Shown piece by piece: positions 46,771-55,789 of a DNA stretch of 64,000 nucleotides. Position 1 is the first letter of the stretch, and every line of letters begins with the position of its first letter. Below the pieces are notes generated by a model, which saw nothing but the letters and a program-made list of their open reading frames with translations, did not search any database and was not told the DNA's origin. A program made the translations under genes and the position numbers. The DNA lies in assembly GCA_965223265.1 (NCBI GenBank), contig OZ244999.1, forward strand, positions 3,968,001 through 4,032,000. Direction: 5' to 3'. Origin of the DNA: Planctomycetota bacterium. GTDB lineage: Bacteria; Planctomycetota; UBA8108; SXIK01.

Positions 46771-48581
46771 CGGTTTTTGACCTCCCGCGCCAGCGCCTCG
46801 ACCAGCTGCTCGAGAAGTCGCGCCCGTTCCTCGCCGGCGTTCGGTTGTTCGCGCAGGTCGTCGATGCGCGCGACCAGCTTTCTCGTCTCCGCCGGCAGCA
46901 GGACCGCGCCTCCTCCCGCTGCCTCCGTCACCGTCTCCGCTGCCCCCATCTCCTCGGCTGCAAGCTGCACGAGAACGTCGCGGTGATAGCGGTAGTCGCG
47001 CTCTTTGATCTTTTTCGCCTCGAACGTTTTATCAAGTTCGACGATGCGGTCGAGGATCTCCTCGCCGCTCAGGTCGCCATAGAGCACTTCCGCTGGCGGG
47101 GACTTCTTACCAAACAGAACGCCGGCAAAAATGGCACAGAGAAAGGCCAGAACGAAGCCTCCCACCCAACGCAGCGCGCCACGCGAGACCTGACCGATGG
47201 CGGCGTTGTCGACGGTGAGCTGCACCGGCACGCGCTCCCCGGCAGGAAGATCCATCGGCAGCATGAAAGTGTCGAATGACTTACTCGTGTGCACCGGCGC
47301 ACCCGACGGTGGCGGCCCGACAAACGGCTGCTCCGGCAAACGCTCCGACTTGATCGCCATATCCTCGTGGACGCAGCTCACCGCGAGACGCCCTTTCTCG
47401 AACGGAAAAGGGAAGTGAAGCAGCTGCACGAAACTCTGACGCGCTGGCACGTCGTACGTCAAGCGCCAGGCACCGTAGCTCTCCCCGAAGCTGTCGAAAA
47501 ACCCTGGAATCGGCGTATCGATGACAGCAGCTCGACCATCCGCAGAGAGCACCCAGCCACCACCGTCGAGCTGCGGGCCCGAGTTGTCGACGACGACAGC
47601 GTCCTCCGGAAGCTCGATGCGCACAATCTCACGAGCTCCTGAGGCATTCTTCTTGCCGATGTACATGGTCGGATCACGATAGCGCAGGGAAAGCTCGACG
47701 CGAATGCGGAGGGCATGCTGCTCGCCGCTTCGCGTGTAGTCGTAGACGACGTTGGCGTGCGGCACGAGAGGCTCGCTTTGGCCCGACGGACGATAGAGCA
47801 TCGACGTGATTGGCTGCAGGCCGGGGCGAAAAAACGGTGTGAACGTGCGCACGCCGTTGATCTCGGCGGTGGCGACGAACATGGTGTCCGGCGGCAGGCC
47901 GTCCAGGCCAGTGTCCAGCGCAATGCGGCCATCGCTGTCGGTCGTGACGATCCACTCGCGCAGCGGCTTGCCGCGATCGCTTGCCCCAGCGCCAACTTCG
48001 AAGAGCTCGATCTTCAGCGCTCCGCCCGCGTAGGGCACGCGGTTCTTCTCGTCCGAGAGCTCGTTCAAGTCGCCCGTCTTCGTGTACGCATCGACAACGA
48101 TTGGGTGGCTGGCCGAGGCATCGAAGAAGCGCGCCTTGAGCTCGACTCCCGCCTCTGCGCGGCTACCGGCAGCGAAAGCTAGTAGCACCCACGTCGCGGC
48201 TGCCACGAACTGCGTGCTCGAGCGCCGCTCGCGGACGAGCGCCTCGATCTGTTTTTGGTGCTTCTTCGCCACCTCGCCAACACGTGAGGAAATTTGCCGA
48301 AACCGCGAGCTGCGCAGACGATCGAGATCCTTCGAAACCTGGATAGCTTCCTTTTTGTACATGCGACGCAAGCCGTTGAACTCCTCCTCCGAAAGTGCTC
48401 CCGAGTCGCGTTCGACTTCGAGGTCCTTGATGCGCCGCAGCAATCGATCGCGCCTCTTCTTGAGGCGTGACAAGCGCCCGACACCCTGGTCGAGATCCCA
48501 CACTTCTCGCTGCCCGAGAAAGCCGTAGACGATGACCACGAGCACAGCGAGCGCTACGAGGCATGTCATCGCGATCACCAT
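46767..48581 (-). CDS. ccm-associated membrane protein (CcmI-like N-terminus plus large periplasmic beta domain)
   Basis: N-terminal TM plus IKDLE.E..SG.LS.EEF..LR (CcmI-like), second TM, periplasmic region, C-terminal TM with a second IVELD..FE..KI...DY repeat; translationally coupled in the ccm operon. Confidence 0.7.
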   Translation of the reverse strand: MVIAMTCLVALAVLVVIVYGFLGQREVWDLDQGVGRLSRLKKRRDRLLRRIKDLEVERDSGALSEEEFNGLRRMYKKEAIQVSKDLDRLRSSRFRQISSRVGEVAKKHQKQIEALVRERRSSTQFVAAATWVLLAFAAGSRAEAGVELKARFFDASASHPIVVDAYTKTGDLNELSDEKNRVPYAGGALKIELFEVGAGASDRGKPLREWIVTTDSDGRIALDTGLDGLPPDTMFVATAEINGVRTFTPFFRPGLQPITSMLYRPSGQSEPLVPHANVVYDYTRSGEQHALRIRVELSLRYRDPTMYIGKKNASGAREIVRIELPEDAVVVDNSGPQLDGGGWVLSADGRAAVIDTPIPGFFDSFGESYGAWRLTYDVPARQSFVQLLHFPFPFEKGRLAVSCVHEDMAIKSERLPEQPFVGPPPSGAPVHTSKSFDTFMLPMDLPAGERVPVQLTVDNAAIGQVSRGALRWVGGFVLAFLCAIFAGVLFGKKSPPAEVLYGDLSGEEILDRIVELDKTFEAKKIKERDYRYHRDVLVQLAAEEMGAAETVTEAAGGGAVLLPAETRKLVARIDDLREQPNAGEERARLLEQLVEALAREVKNR

Positions 48582-49486
48582 CAGTCTTCCATCTCCTTGA
48601 GCTTGCGTTCGATCTCATCGTCCCACGCCTCGTCACCTGCAGCGCCCCGCCCTGTGCGCATACTCGACGCCTGCAGTTCCCGTCCGCCCCCTGGCCGCTT
48701 CGCACGCTGCAGAAATGCGAGCAGAACAAACGTCGCAATGATCAGAAACAGGGCCGGAAGTGCATAGGAGAGGAGGTTGAAACTTTCCGGCTTGAGATAG
48801 CCGCGCACCTTCTCGCTCCCCTTGTCGTGCGCCACCATGCGCTCGACGATCTCAGCGTTCGTGAGCCCCGCCGTGAGCCAATCTTCGATCAGGTGTTTCT
48901 GCTCTTCGGCGCAGCCGTCAGGGCAACCACTCAGCGTCCGCGTGAAATTCTCCTTCGGGCACCAGCACATGAGTGAGCCCCAAAGCGCGCCACGGCGCAT
49001 GGCGCGGTGCTCCTCGAAGGTCGCATCGAAGAATTCGCCCAGCCGCTCTTTCGCCTCGGGCGTCGTCCCGGTCTCGACGAGTGCTGCACGCAGACGCTTG
49101 AACGCCGCCTCGATCGCCACGCCGCGCTCGGGAGCTTCATCGGAAACGACCGCCGCAGCAAGTCGCGACTCGATGTCGCGGGCCACTGCACGCAGCAAAC
49201 TCGCGAGTGACCGCAGTCCGCTGCCGGCTTCAAGTTGGCTGCGGTGACGAGTGACGAACGGCGTGATCACAGGCGACTCGAGCTCACTCGCGAACGCCTC
49301 GCCCCTGGCTCTTGCCTCGGGCGACACATGCCGTGGAGCCACGGGGGCATGCGCATGGTCGTGGTGCGCGTGCGGATCTTCCTGCGCAGCCAGCGGCACC
49401 GCCGCCGCGAGCAGAAGCACGACGAACGCGTCAAGAAGTCGGTCGCACCGTCGCTCTCTCATTCTCTTCACACGTCGTTTTCTCAC
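48581..49486 (-). CDS. CcmH-like protein
   Basis: Signal peptide, His-rich N-terminus, LMCWC...TLSGC..GCA...I...L..G....EI, single C-terminal TM; start could be ATG 49462. Confidence 0.7.
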   Translation of the reverse strand: MRKRRVKRMRERRCDRLLDAFVVLLLAAAVPLAAQEDPHAHHDHAHAPVAPRHVSPEARARGEAFASELESPVITPFVTRHRSQLEAGSGLRSLASLLRAVARDIESRLAAAVVSDEAPERGVAIEAAFKRLRAALVETGTTPEAKERLGEFFDATFEEHRAMRRGALWGSLMCWCPKENFTRTLSGCPDGCAEEQKHLIEDWLTAGLTNAEIVERMVAHDKGSEKVRGYLKPESFNLLSYALPALFLIIATFVLLAFLQRAKRPGGGRELQASSMRTGRGAAGDEAWDDEIERKLKEMED

Positions 49487-49489
49487 GTT

Positions 49490-51646
49490 TCACTCCGCCA
49501 GCCCAACGCGGCTACCCGGCACCGGCAGCGCTGCAAAGATGCCACCGCCGACCATGATGAACCAACCGAGGTAGATCAGCATCATGAGCGGATTGAGGTA
49601 GACGGTGAGCGAAAACCTGCCCTGACTCTCGCCGTTGAGATGGATGTAGATGTCACCGAGCAGCTGCCGCTCGATGCTCACTTCTTTGATCGACTCTTGC
49701 CTCTTCGGATAAAAGCGCACTTCGGGTCGCAAGATCGCGACCACGTCCTGCTCGCCCGAAGGCGTCTCTGCTGCGCCGTGCGCTTTCGGTAGCCCAGATT
49801 CGTCACCACCGCTGATGCGAAACGCCACTTCGGTCAACTCGTACGGCTGCCCCGGCTTAGGCGATTCGGTTTTGAGTTCGAAGGGAGTGAACGTGTACGG
49901 ACCGACTTGGGCTGACTCGTGAAGACCGAGGCTCAGATCCTTCTTCACCTGAAACATCGAGCTGATGATGATCCCGGCGGCCAAAACGGCCATGCCGACG
50001 TGCACCAGGTACCCACCCCAGCGCCGATTGTTCCGCACGACGATGTGAAAGCATGCGGACGCGAGGTCTTCGTGTCGCAGCCGCACACGCGCCCGCAAAG
50101 TGCGATAAAACTCAGCCCAAAGCGTCGCCAAGATGAAAAAGACAAGCCAAAGAAAGAGCCCGGTGGGATAGAGCGCCGTTGCGTGCTGCTCGGTCAACCG
50201 CGGTACCAGCACCTCGCTCCACGTTCCCAGCCGGTCGGTGAAATACCAGAGCGCGTAACACAAAAGGAGAAGCACAAACGACGCCAGCGCGGGTTTCAAA
50301 AAATTGCGTTTCAACGCCGCAGACGTGGTACGCACCCAGCCAAGGCCCGGCCCGATCGCCGTCAAAAAGAGAAGCAGGGCAAACAGCGGCGTCATGAGCA
50401 TGTTGTACTGCGCGGCGCCGAGCGTGCCTTTAGAGGCCAAGAAGTCATGCGTGATCTTGGTGAAGAACGAGAGGATCAGCACCACCGTCGCGATGACGAT
50501 CAGCACCATGTTGTTGAGGAGAAAGACGCTCTCGCGAGACAGCAACGAATCGATCGTGTTAGGGCTTGCTAGCTGGCGATGGCGGTAAAAAAGGAGGAAG
50601 AGACCAATGACCCCGAGCGCAAGCATGAAGAACTGAAACCAAAGGCCGATGTTTGATCCGGTCGTGAACGCGTGCACGCTGTCGACGACGCCGGAGCGCG
50701 TCATCCACGTCCCCCAGATCGTTAGGAAAAAAGTGAGCAGGATCAGAAACCCGTTCCAGGTCTTGAGCATGTCGCGTCGCTCTTGCACCATCACGGAGTG
50801 CAGAAACGCCGTGCCGGTACACCAAGGCAGGAATGAGGCATTCTCGACTGGGTCCCAAGCCCAGTAGCCACCCCAGCCGAGCTGGCGGTAGGCCCAAAGA
50901 CCTCCCAGGATGATCCCGGAGGTGAGAAACAGCCACGCGAACATGGTCCAGCGGCGTACCACACGCACCCAGTAGTCGCCGACCTCACCAGCGAGTAGCG
51001 CCGCGATGGCGAACGCGAACGGCACAGTGAAACCAATGAAGCCGATATAGAGGGACGGCGGGTGAATCACAAACCAGTAGTTCACGAGTTGCGGATTGAG
51101 CCCAGCTCCATCGAGCAAGTTGCCGGAAGCGTCGATGGCGTTTCTCTGCGACGCGGCAAGACGCACGCGCGTGTCGAGGTCCATGACGGAAAACGGATTC
51201 TCGTTCCAGCTGACGATGACAAAAAAGCCGAGGACGAAACTGAGCGCGACGTAGACGTACGGCTCGAGGCGCCGCCCCGTTGGATGCTGACTGCTCCAGC
51301 GATGCTGGAAACCAACGACCGCTGCGAAGATCGCCAGGATCATCGTCCAGAAGAGGAGTGAGCCGTCGAGACCGCCCCACAATCCGGCGACCTTGAAGAA
51401 GAACGGCAGATTCTTCTCGGAGTAGTTATAGATGTACTCGTTGTTGTATTCCCCGGCGACAAAACCGTAGACCAGGCAAGCAGCTGACGAAATGACCACC
51501 GCGGCGAGCACGTAGAGGCCGCTCCGAGCAGCGTGAACCAAGCGTCGCTCGCGGAAAAGGATGCCGCACAAGCTCAGGAGAAAGACGGCCCCAGTCAGGC
51601 ATCCGCCTACCAGCAGAAGAGCACGGCCAAACTCAAGCACGCCCAT
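49490..51646 (-). CDS. ccmF: Cytochrome c synthetase CcmF
   Basis: WGG..GSLLFW, GLNP.L, IHPP.LY.G, WGGYWAWDPVENAS, AFLHS, RSG...SVHAF, GGYLVH.G, NPL...W. Confidence 0.97.
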   Translation of the reverse strand: MGVLEFGRALLLVGGCLTGAVFLLSLCGILFRERRLVHAARSGLYVLAAVVISSAACLVYGFVAGEYNNEYIYNYSEKNLPFFFKVAGLWGGLDGSLLFWTMILAIFAAVVGFQHRWSSQHPTGRRLEPYVYVALSFVLGFFVIVSWNENPFSVMDLDTRVRLAASQRNAIDASGNLLDGAGLNPQLVNYWFVIHPPSLYIGFIGFTVPFAFAIAALLAGEVGDYWVRVVRRWTMFAWLFLTSGIILGGLWAYRQLGWGGYWAWDPVENASFLPWCTGTAFLHSVMVQERRDMLKTWNGFLILLTFFLTIWGTWMTRSGVVDSVHAFTTGSNIGLWFQFFMLALGVIGLFLLFYRHRQLASPNTIDSLLSRESVFLLNNMVLIVIATVVLILSFFTKITHDFLASKGTLGAAQYNMLMTPLFALLLFLTAIGPGLGWVRTTSAALKRNFLKPALASFVLLLLCYALWYFTDRLGTWSEVLVPRLTEQHATALYPTGLFLWLVFFILATLWAEFYRTLRARVRLRHEDLASACFHIVVRNNRRWGGYLVHVGMAVLAAGIIISSMFQVKKDLSLGLHESAQVGPYTFTPFELKTESPKPGQPYELTEVAFRISGGDESGLPKAHGAAETPSGEQDVVAILRPEVRFYPKRQESIKEVSIERQLLGDIYIHLNGESQGRFSLTVYLNPLMMLIYLGWFIMVGGGIFAALPVPGSRVGLAE

Positions 51647-51660
51647 GGATCACTCCGAGC

Positions 51661-51715
51661 TAAAGAGTCCGTTCAAAAGTTATTCGAGCCGAAGAAGGTT
51701 CTTCCCTTCACGTCG
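51661..51715. mobile_element. Possible decayed MITE end
   Basis: TAAAGAGTCCGTTCAAAAGTTATTCGAGCCGAA resembles TAACAGCCCGTTGAAAAAGT(C/G)..TCG(A)GCCGA. Confidence 0.4.
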
Positions 51716-51807
51716 GCAGCGGCAACACAGTGCGCTCTACACCGACGAGAACGGTAGCGAATCAAGCGCGTGCACGCAACCGCACTCGCGTGGACAATCT
51801 GCCGAAA

Positions 51808-52314
51808 TCAGTCGACGGGCGCTTTTGGAGTCACGGGAGGCAAGGGCAAAGCGTCAGCTGGTGCCGTAGCAGGCGGGGCAGATTCTGGCGCACCATACCC
51901 GCCAACTCGACCCGTGTCGTACTCCTTCGCCTCGGAAGACGCCTCATAGCGTGACGGACACTTCGTCGTCACGCGGTAGGCCGTGAACTCATTGGTTTTC
52001 GGGTCGTACGCGCCGCGCACGCTGACGGGAATCCCGACGCGAAAATTGTCGGGCATCACCTGAGGAGACACGACCGAGATCACTTGCGTCGGGTTTGACT
52101 CCGTGGCGATTTTGAAACGCAGCGGCGGCTCGGTGCTCTCGATTTCGACCACCTGGGCTCCGTCCGCTTGGACGTGGCGCTCAACCGTGCCCGGCTCGTA
52201 GTCGCCGCTGGTGAGTTGATCCACGGTCAACACCGGGATGCGAGCACCGAGCGCAACGCCGACCAGGACGCTGACAGCCACCACAAAAACCACTCCGACG
52301 ACAACGGGTTTCAT
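51808..52314 (-). CDS. ccmE: Heme chaperone CcmE (CxxxY variant)
   Basis: N-terminal TM, PDNF..G..V.V.G, F.A..V.TKCPSRY. Confidence 0.88.
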   Translation of the reverse strand: MKPVVVGVVFVVAVSVLVGVALGARIPVLTVDQLTSGDYEPGTVERHVQADGAQVVEIESTEPPLRFKIATESNPTQVISVVSPQVMPDNFRVGIPVSVRGAYDPKTNEFTAYRVTTKCPSRYEASSEAKEYDTGRVGGYGAPESAPPATAPADALPLPPVTPKAPVD

Positions 52315-52652
52315 AGTCCGGGTTCCTCTGGCACGGGCATGCGGAGCTCGGCGCCGGCCGCGGCCGCCCCACGATGGGCGGCCCAAGCATGGCTCAGCGC
52401 CGTCGCCAAGTCCGTAACTCAAATCTGCCCTTTGTGTAGCGACATCTGCTGGGTCAGTTTACCCTTCCTCAGGCTCGCCTTCAACGGTCAGCGCACTAAG
52501 GCCTCCAGGCAGCGAAGAAAGTACCCCGAAATCGGGGCGGTTCGCAGGAGAAATCGGCAGAATCTCAGAGCTCTGATTTTGTCGTCGCAAATCCGCCTCG
52601 GCCGCGGTAGCTTTCCAAAAAGGGGCGCGGCGCGGCGGCGCCAACGCTCGAC

Positions 52653-52680
52653 TTGACAAACCGCCACAAAGTTCGACAAT
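52653..52680 (+). promoter_or_regulatory. sigma70 promoter of the ferredoxin gene
   Basis: TTGACA-N16-GACAAT. Confidence 0.55.
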
Positions 52681-52758
52681 TACAGCCTTTCTGGGATTCC
52701 TCGCAAACGTTCAGGGCCGTTTTGAAGTCGATCGGTCCACATCCGGATATTCTTGAGC

Positions 52759-53085
52759 ATGCCGCAGACACAGCCCAAAACGAAAGCCGGCCGCCGCAAA
52801 AAGAAGCCCAAGGTGGTCGCCTACATCACAGAGAGTTGCACAGGGTGTGCCGGAGCGCCGGTATGCCAAAGTTACTGCCCGGTGGACGAGTGTATGGTGC
52901 TTGTCCAGAATCCCGGCGCGCCGACGTTCGGCGTCATCGAGGTCGACCCTCTCAAGTGCATCGGCTGCCGAAAGTGCACCACCAAAGGGCCGGCGGGAAC
53001 GTTTCTTGATGGCTGCCCATGGGACGCAATTGTGATGATGGACATCGCGGAATTCGAGGACAAGTACGGCGAGCTGCCTTACTAA
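52759..53085 (+). CDS. 2x[4Fe-4S] ferredoxin-like protein
   Basis: CTGC.....C...CP and CIGCRKC.....(insert).....CPWDAI. Confidence 0.88.
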   Translation: MPQTQPKTKAGRRKKKPKVVAYITESCTGCAGAPVCQSYCPVDECMVLVQNPGAPTFGVIEVDPLKCIGCRKCTTKGPAGTFLDGCPWDAIVMMDIAEFEDKYGELPY

Positions 53086-53313
53086 CGGGTGCCCCCACGC
53101 GTCAGCGTCGATGCTGGAGGCCCGGGCCGTTGACCCTGTTTCGTCGAAATGTTAAGATCGATGTTCCCATCTTCTGTTTTTACTGGACTTTGAGACCCGA
53201 CGACGCGGCCACTCGCGCGCTTCGCACGTGAGGATCGAGCCGTTTCGTTCGGAGTATTTGCTGCATGTCGTCATCGCCTGTTCAGCCGGCGATGTTCAGG
53301 AGGTTTTGGCGCC

Positions 53314-54741
53314 GTGAGTGCTTCGAAGGAATACTTTAAGAAGGCGGAACAGGCCGCAAAGAAGCAGAACTTTGAGTACGCGATCGAGCTCTACATGCAG
53401 GGCTTGATGATCGACCCGAAAGCGTCCGAACAGCGCCGACGCATGCATCAGGTCATGACGCTCGCGATTGAAGAGAAGGGCGGCAACCCGCAAGGCGGCA
53501 TGGGCGTGAAGCTGAAAGTGATGCCGCTCCTGGCGAACGCCAAGAAGCTCTCCCTGCAGAAGAAATGGGACGAAGCCATCATCGAGTTTGAGAAGGCCCT
53601 TCGGTTCCAGCCGCAGAACGTAGCGACGCTTTTCTCGCTCTCGCAAGCGCTGTCGACTAACGAATGCAGCGAGGGCGCCGTCACCATCCTCGAAGATGTC
53701 GTCGGCATCGAGAAAACCCACGTCGAAGCCTACCGCATGCTGGGAAAGCTGTGGGCAGAGAAGGACGACCCGGAAAAGGCGATCTCCTACTGGGAAAAGC
53801 TCAAACAGTACAAACCGGACGACAAAGAAGCCGGCAAAGCGATCCGCGACCTCTCAGCTGCGACGATGGTCCGCAAGGCCGAGGAGCGGAAGGCCCAAAC
53901 GGGGGACGAGTCCTTCAAGGCGATGCTGAAGGATGAGGACGAGTCGGCCGAGCTCGAGAAAAAAGCTAAGATCATCCGAACGGACGAGGATCGCATCGAG
54001 GCGATCAAGTTCAAGAAGGAAGAAATCAAAGCAGACATAAAGAACTCGAGGCTCTGGCGTGACCTCGGGAGTCTCTATCAAGACCTCAAGAAATGGGATC
54101 TAGCTGAGGCCGCTTACAAGAAGGCGATCGAAGTCAACCCGCACGACCTGTTCGCAGCTGAGAAAATCGGTAGCCTGACCGAAAACCGACTCGAACAACA
54201 GGTCGACGAGCTCCGTGCCAAGGTTTCCGCCTCTGAAAACGGTGGCGGCGAGCTCGCGAAGCAGCTTGAGGCCAAGGAGACCGAGTTCAAAGAGTTCAAG
54301 GTCGTCGAGTACGAGCGCCGCGTCAAAGCTCACCCGACCGACTACGAGCTCAAGATGCGCTATGGTCACGTACTGATGGACGTGGCGAAGTATGACGAAG
54401 CGATCCAGCAGTTTCAAAAAGCGGTCCAAGACCCTAAATTCAAGGTCCAGGGGCTCAACTGCAACGGCGCTTGCTTCCTCTACAAGGGTCTCTACGACCT
54501 GGCCGAAAACCAGTTCCAAAGGGCTCTCGAAGAGACCGCCGATCCCAACTCCGAAGTGGCGAAGGAAATCCGCTACAACCTCGGCACGGTGTTCGAAAAG
54601 AAGGCGGGGGCGACTTCCAGCCCGGACGACAAGAAGTTGCACGTCGAAAACGCGATCAAGTGGTTTCAGGAGATCATGGCCGTCGATATCGGCTACCGCG
54701 ACGTCTCGGCGCGCGTCTCCAACCTCATGAACGGCGGTTAA
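53314..54741 (+). CDS. Tetratricopeptide repeat protein
   Basis: Multiple TPR-like units (A...FEKAL...P, A...YKKAI...P, AI.QFQKA..DP); AGGAGG SD. Confidence 0.88.
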   Translation: MSASKEYFKKAEQAAKKQNFEYAIELYMQGLMIDPKASEQRRRMHQVMTLAIEEKGGNPQGGMGVKLKVMPLLANAKKLSLQKKWDEAIIEFEKALRFQPQNVATLFSLSQALSTNECSEGAVTILEDVVGIEKTHVEAYRMLGKLWAEKDDPEKAISYWEKLKQYKPDDKEAGKAIRDLSAATMVRKAEERKAQTGDESFKAMLKDEDESAELEKKAKIIRTDEDRIEAIKFKKEEIKADIKNSRLWRDLGSLYQDLKKWDLAEAAYKKAIEVNPHDLFAAEKIGSLTENRLEQQVDELRAKVSASENGGGELAKQLEAKETEFKEFKVVEYERRVKAHPTDYELKMRYGHVLMDVAKYDEAIQQFQKAVQDPKFKVQGLNCNGACFLYKGLYDLAENQFQRALEETADPNSEVAKEIRYNLGTVFEKKAGATSSPDDKKLHVENAIKWFQEIMAVDIGYRDVSARVSNLMNGG

Positions 54742-54904
54742 CAGCCCGTTGAAAAAGTCATTCGGCCGAGGAAACTGGTCTCTTCACGCCCAGCTCGACC
54801 GCGTCAATACTCGAAAATCCCGAAGATTGCCTACGTTTGCCGCGGCCGATCTGGACGCGAAGAGACCAGTTTTCGGCTCGAAGCACTTTTTCAACGGGCT
54901 GTTA
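54739..54904. mobile_element. MITE-like palindromic element, copy 2 (intact)
   Basis: Perfect 20-bp terminal inverted repeat TAACAGCCCGTTGAAAAAGT, internal imperfect palindrome; left end is the TAA stop of the TPR gene. Confidence 0.9.
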
Positions 54905-54958
54905 GTCGCCGCAGAGCCAGCTCGACTCCGCCCAGCGCAGCTCGCAGGCATTTTTGCC

Positions 54959-54986
54959 TTGTCATCTCAGGCGCCCAGAGTACGAT
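54959..54986 (+). promoter_or_regulatory. sigma70 promoter of rpsT
   Basis: TTGTCA-N16-TACGAT. Confidence 0.55.
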
Positions 54987-55111
54987 CTGACACTTCGTCT
55001 CGGTAGCTAGCTAGCCCTGAAGACGCGTGGTACAGCAACGCCGCATCGAACCGGCATCTGGGCGCTGCAGACAACGCTGCCGAGCAGTTCGAGACTTAGT
55101 GCGAGGTGCTC

Positions 55112-55381
55112 ATGGCGCACAGTGCGCAAGCAAAGAAACGAATCCGTCAGAACGAGCAGCGGCGCCTGCGAAACCGCAGTCGCAGGAGCGAAATCCGCAG
55201 CTTGACGAAGCGTCTGTCCGCTTACGTCGAAGGAGGCGATCTCAAGGCAGCACAGGAACTGCTGCCGCGGCTCGTCTCGTCACTCGACAAGGCCGCGAAG
55301 ACCAATCTTCTGCACCGCAACAAGGTGTCGCGGGAGAAGTCGAAGGCGGCGGTTCTCGTCAACCGACTCCAATCGTCCTGA
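55112..55381 (+). CDS. rpsT: 30S ribosomal protein S20
   Basis: MAHS.QAKKRIRQNE.RR..N, LDKAAK...LH.NK.SR.KS. Confidence 0.96.
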   Translation: MAHSAQAKKRIRQNEQRRLRNRSRRSEIRSLTKRLSAYVEGGDLKAAQELLPRLVSSLDKAAKTNLLHRNKVSREKSKAAVLVNRLQSS

Positions 55382-55488
55382 CGTCAACACAGCGACCTCG
55401 AGACAGCGACCTCGAGAAAAGACGTCGATAACGACGAGAGAGGAACGATCCAGCGGCCTGCGTGACGCAGAGCGCGTTCGGAGCGCTC

Positions 55489-55516
55489 TTGACATGCCTT
55501 GGAGCGGTTCCATAAT
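55489..55516 (+). promoter_or_regulatory. sigma70 promoter of tRNA-Phe
   Basis: TTGACA-N16-CATAAT followed by a GC-rich discriminator. Confidence 0.7.
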
Positions 55517-55552
55517 GGCGGCGCAACGCCGCAGTTGCTGCCGATCCCCTGC

Positions 55553-55625
55553 GGGCGGATAGCTCAGTTGGTAGAGCACTAGACTGAAAATCTAGGTGTC
55601 GCCAGTTCAATTCTGGCTCCGCCCA
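55553..55625 (+). tRNA. tRNA-Phe(GAA)
   Basis: GGGCGGATAGCTCAGTTGGTAGAGCACTAGACTGAAAATCTAGGTGTCGCCAGTTCAATTCTGGCTCCGCCCA. Confidence 0.97.
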
Positions 55626-55636
55626 CCTGAATCTGG

Positions 55637-55679
55637 GCCTCGTGAGCATCGAAGCGCTCGCGAGGCCTTCCTTTTTTCT
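55637..55679 (+). terminator. Terminator after tRNA-Phe
   Basis: GGCCTCGTGAGC...GCTCGCGAGGCC followed by TTCCTTTTTT. Confidence 0.75.
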
Positions 55680-55789
55680 CCGCCGCGCGGTGCGAGAGTG
55701 CACCGGAGTGCGCCGCCACGCGTTCTTTTGTTGTCCGCTACGATCGAAAGTGGGTCTGTGCTGGCGGCCCACGCGATGCGACAGGACCG

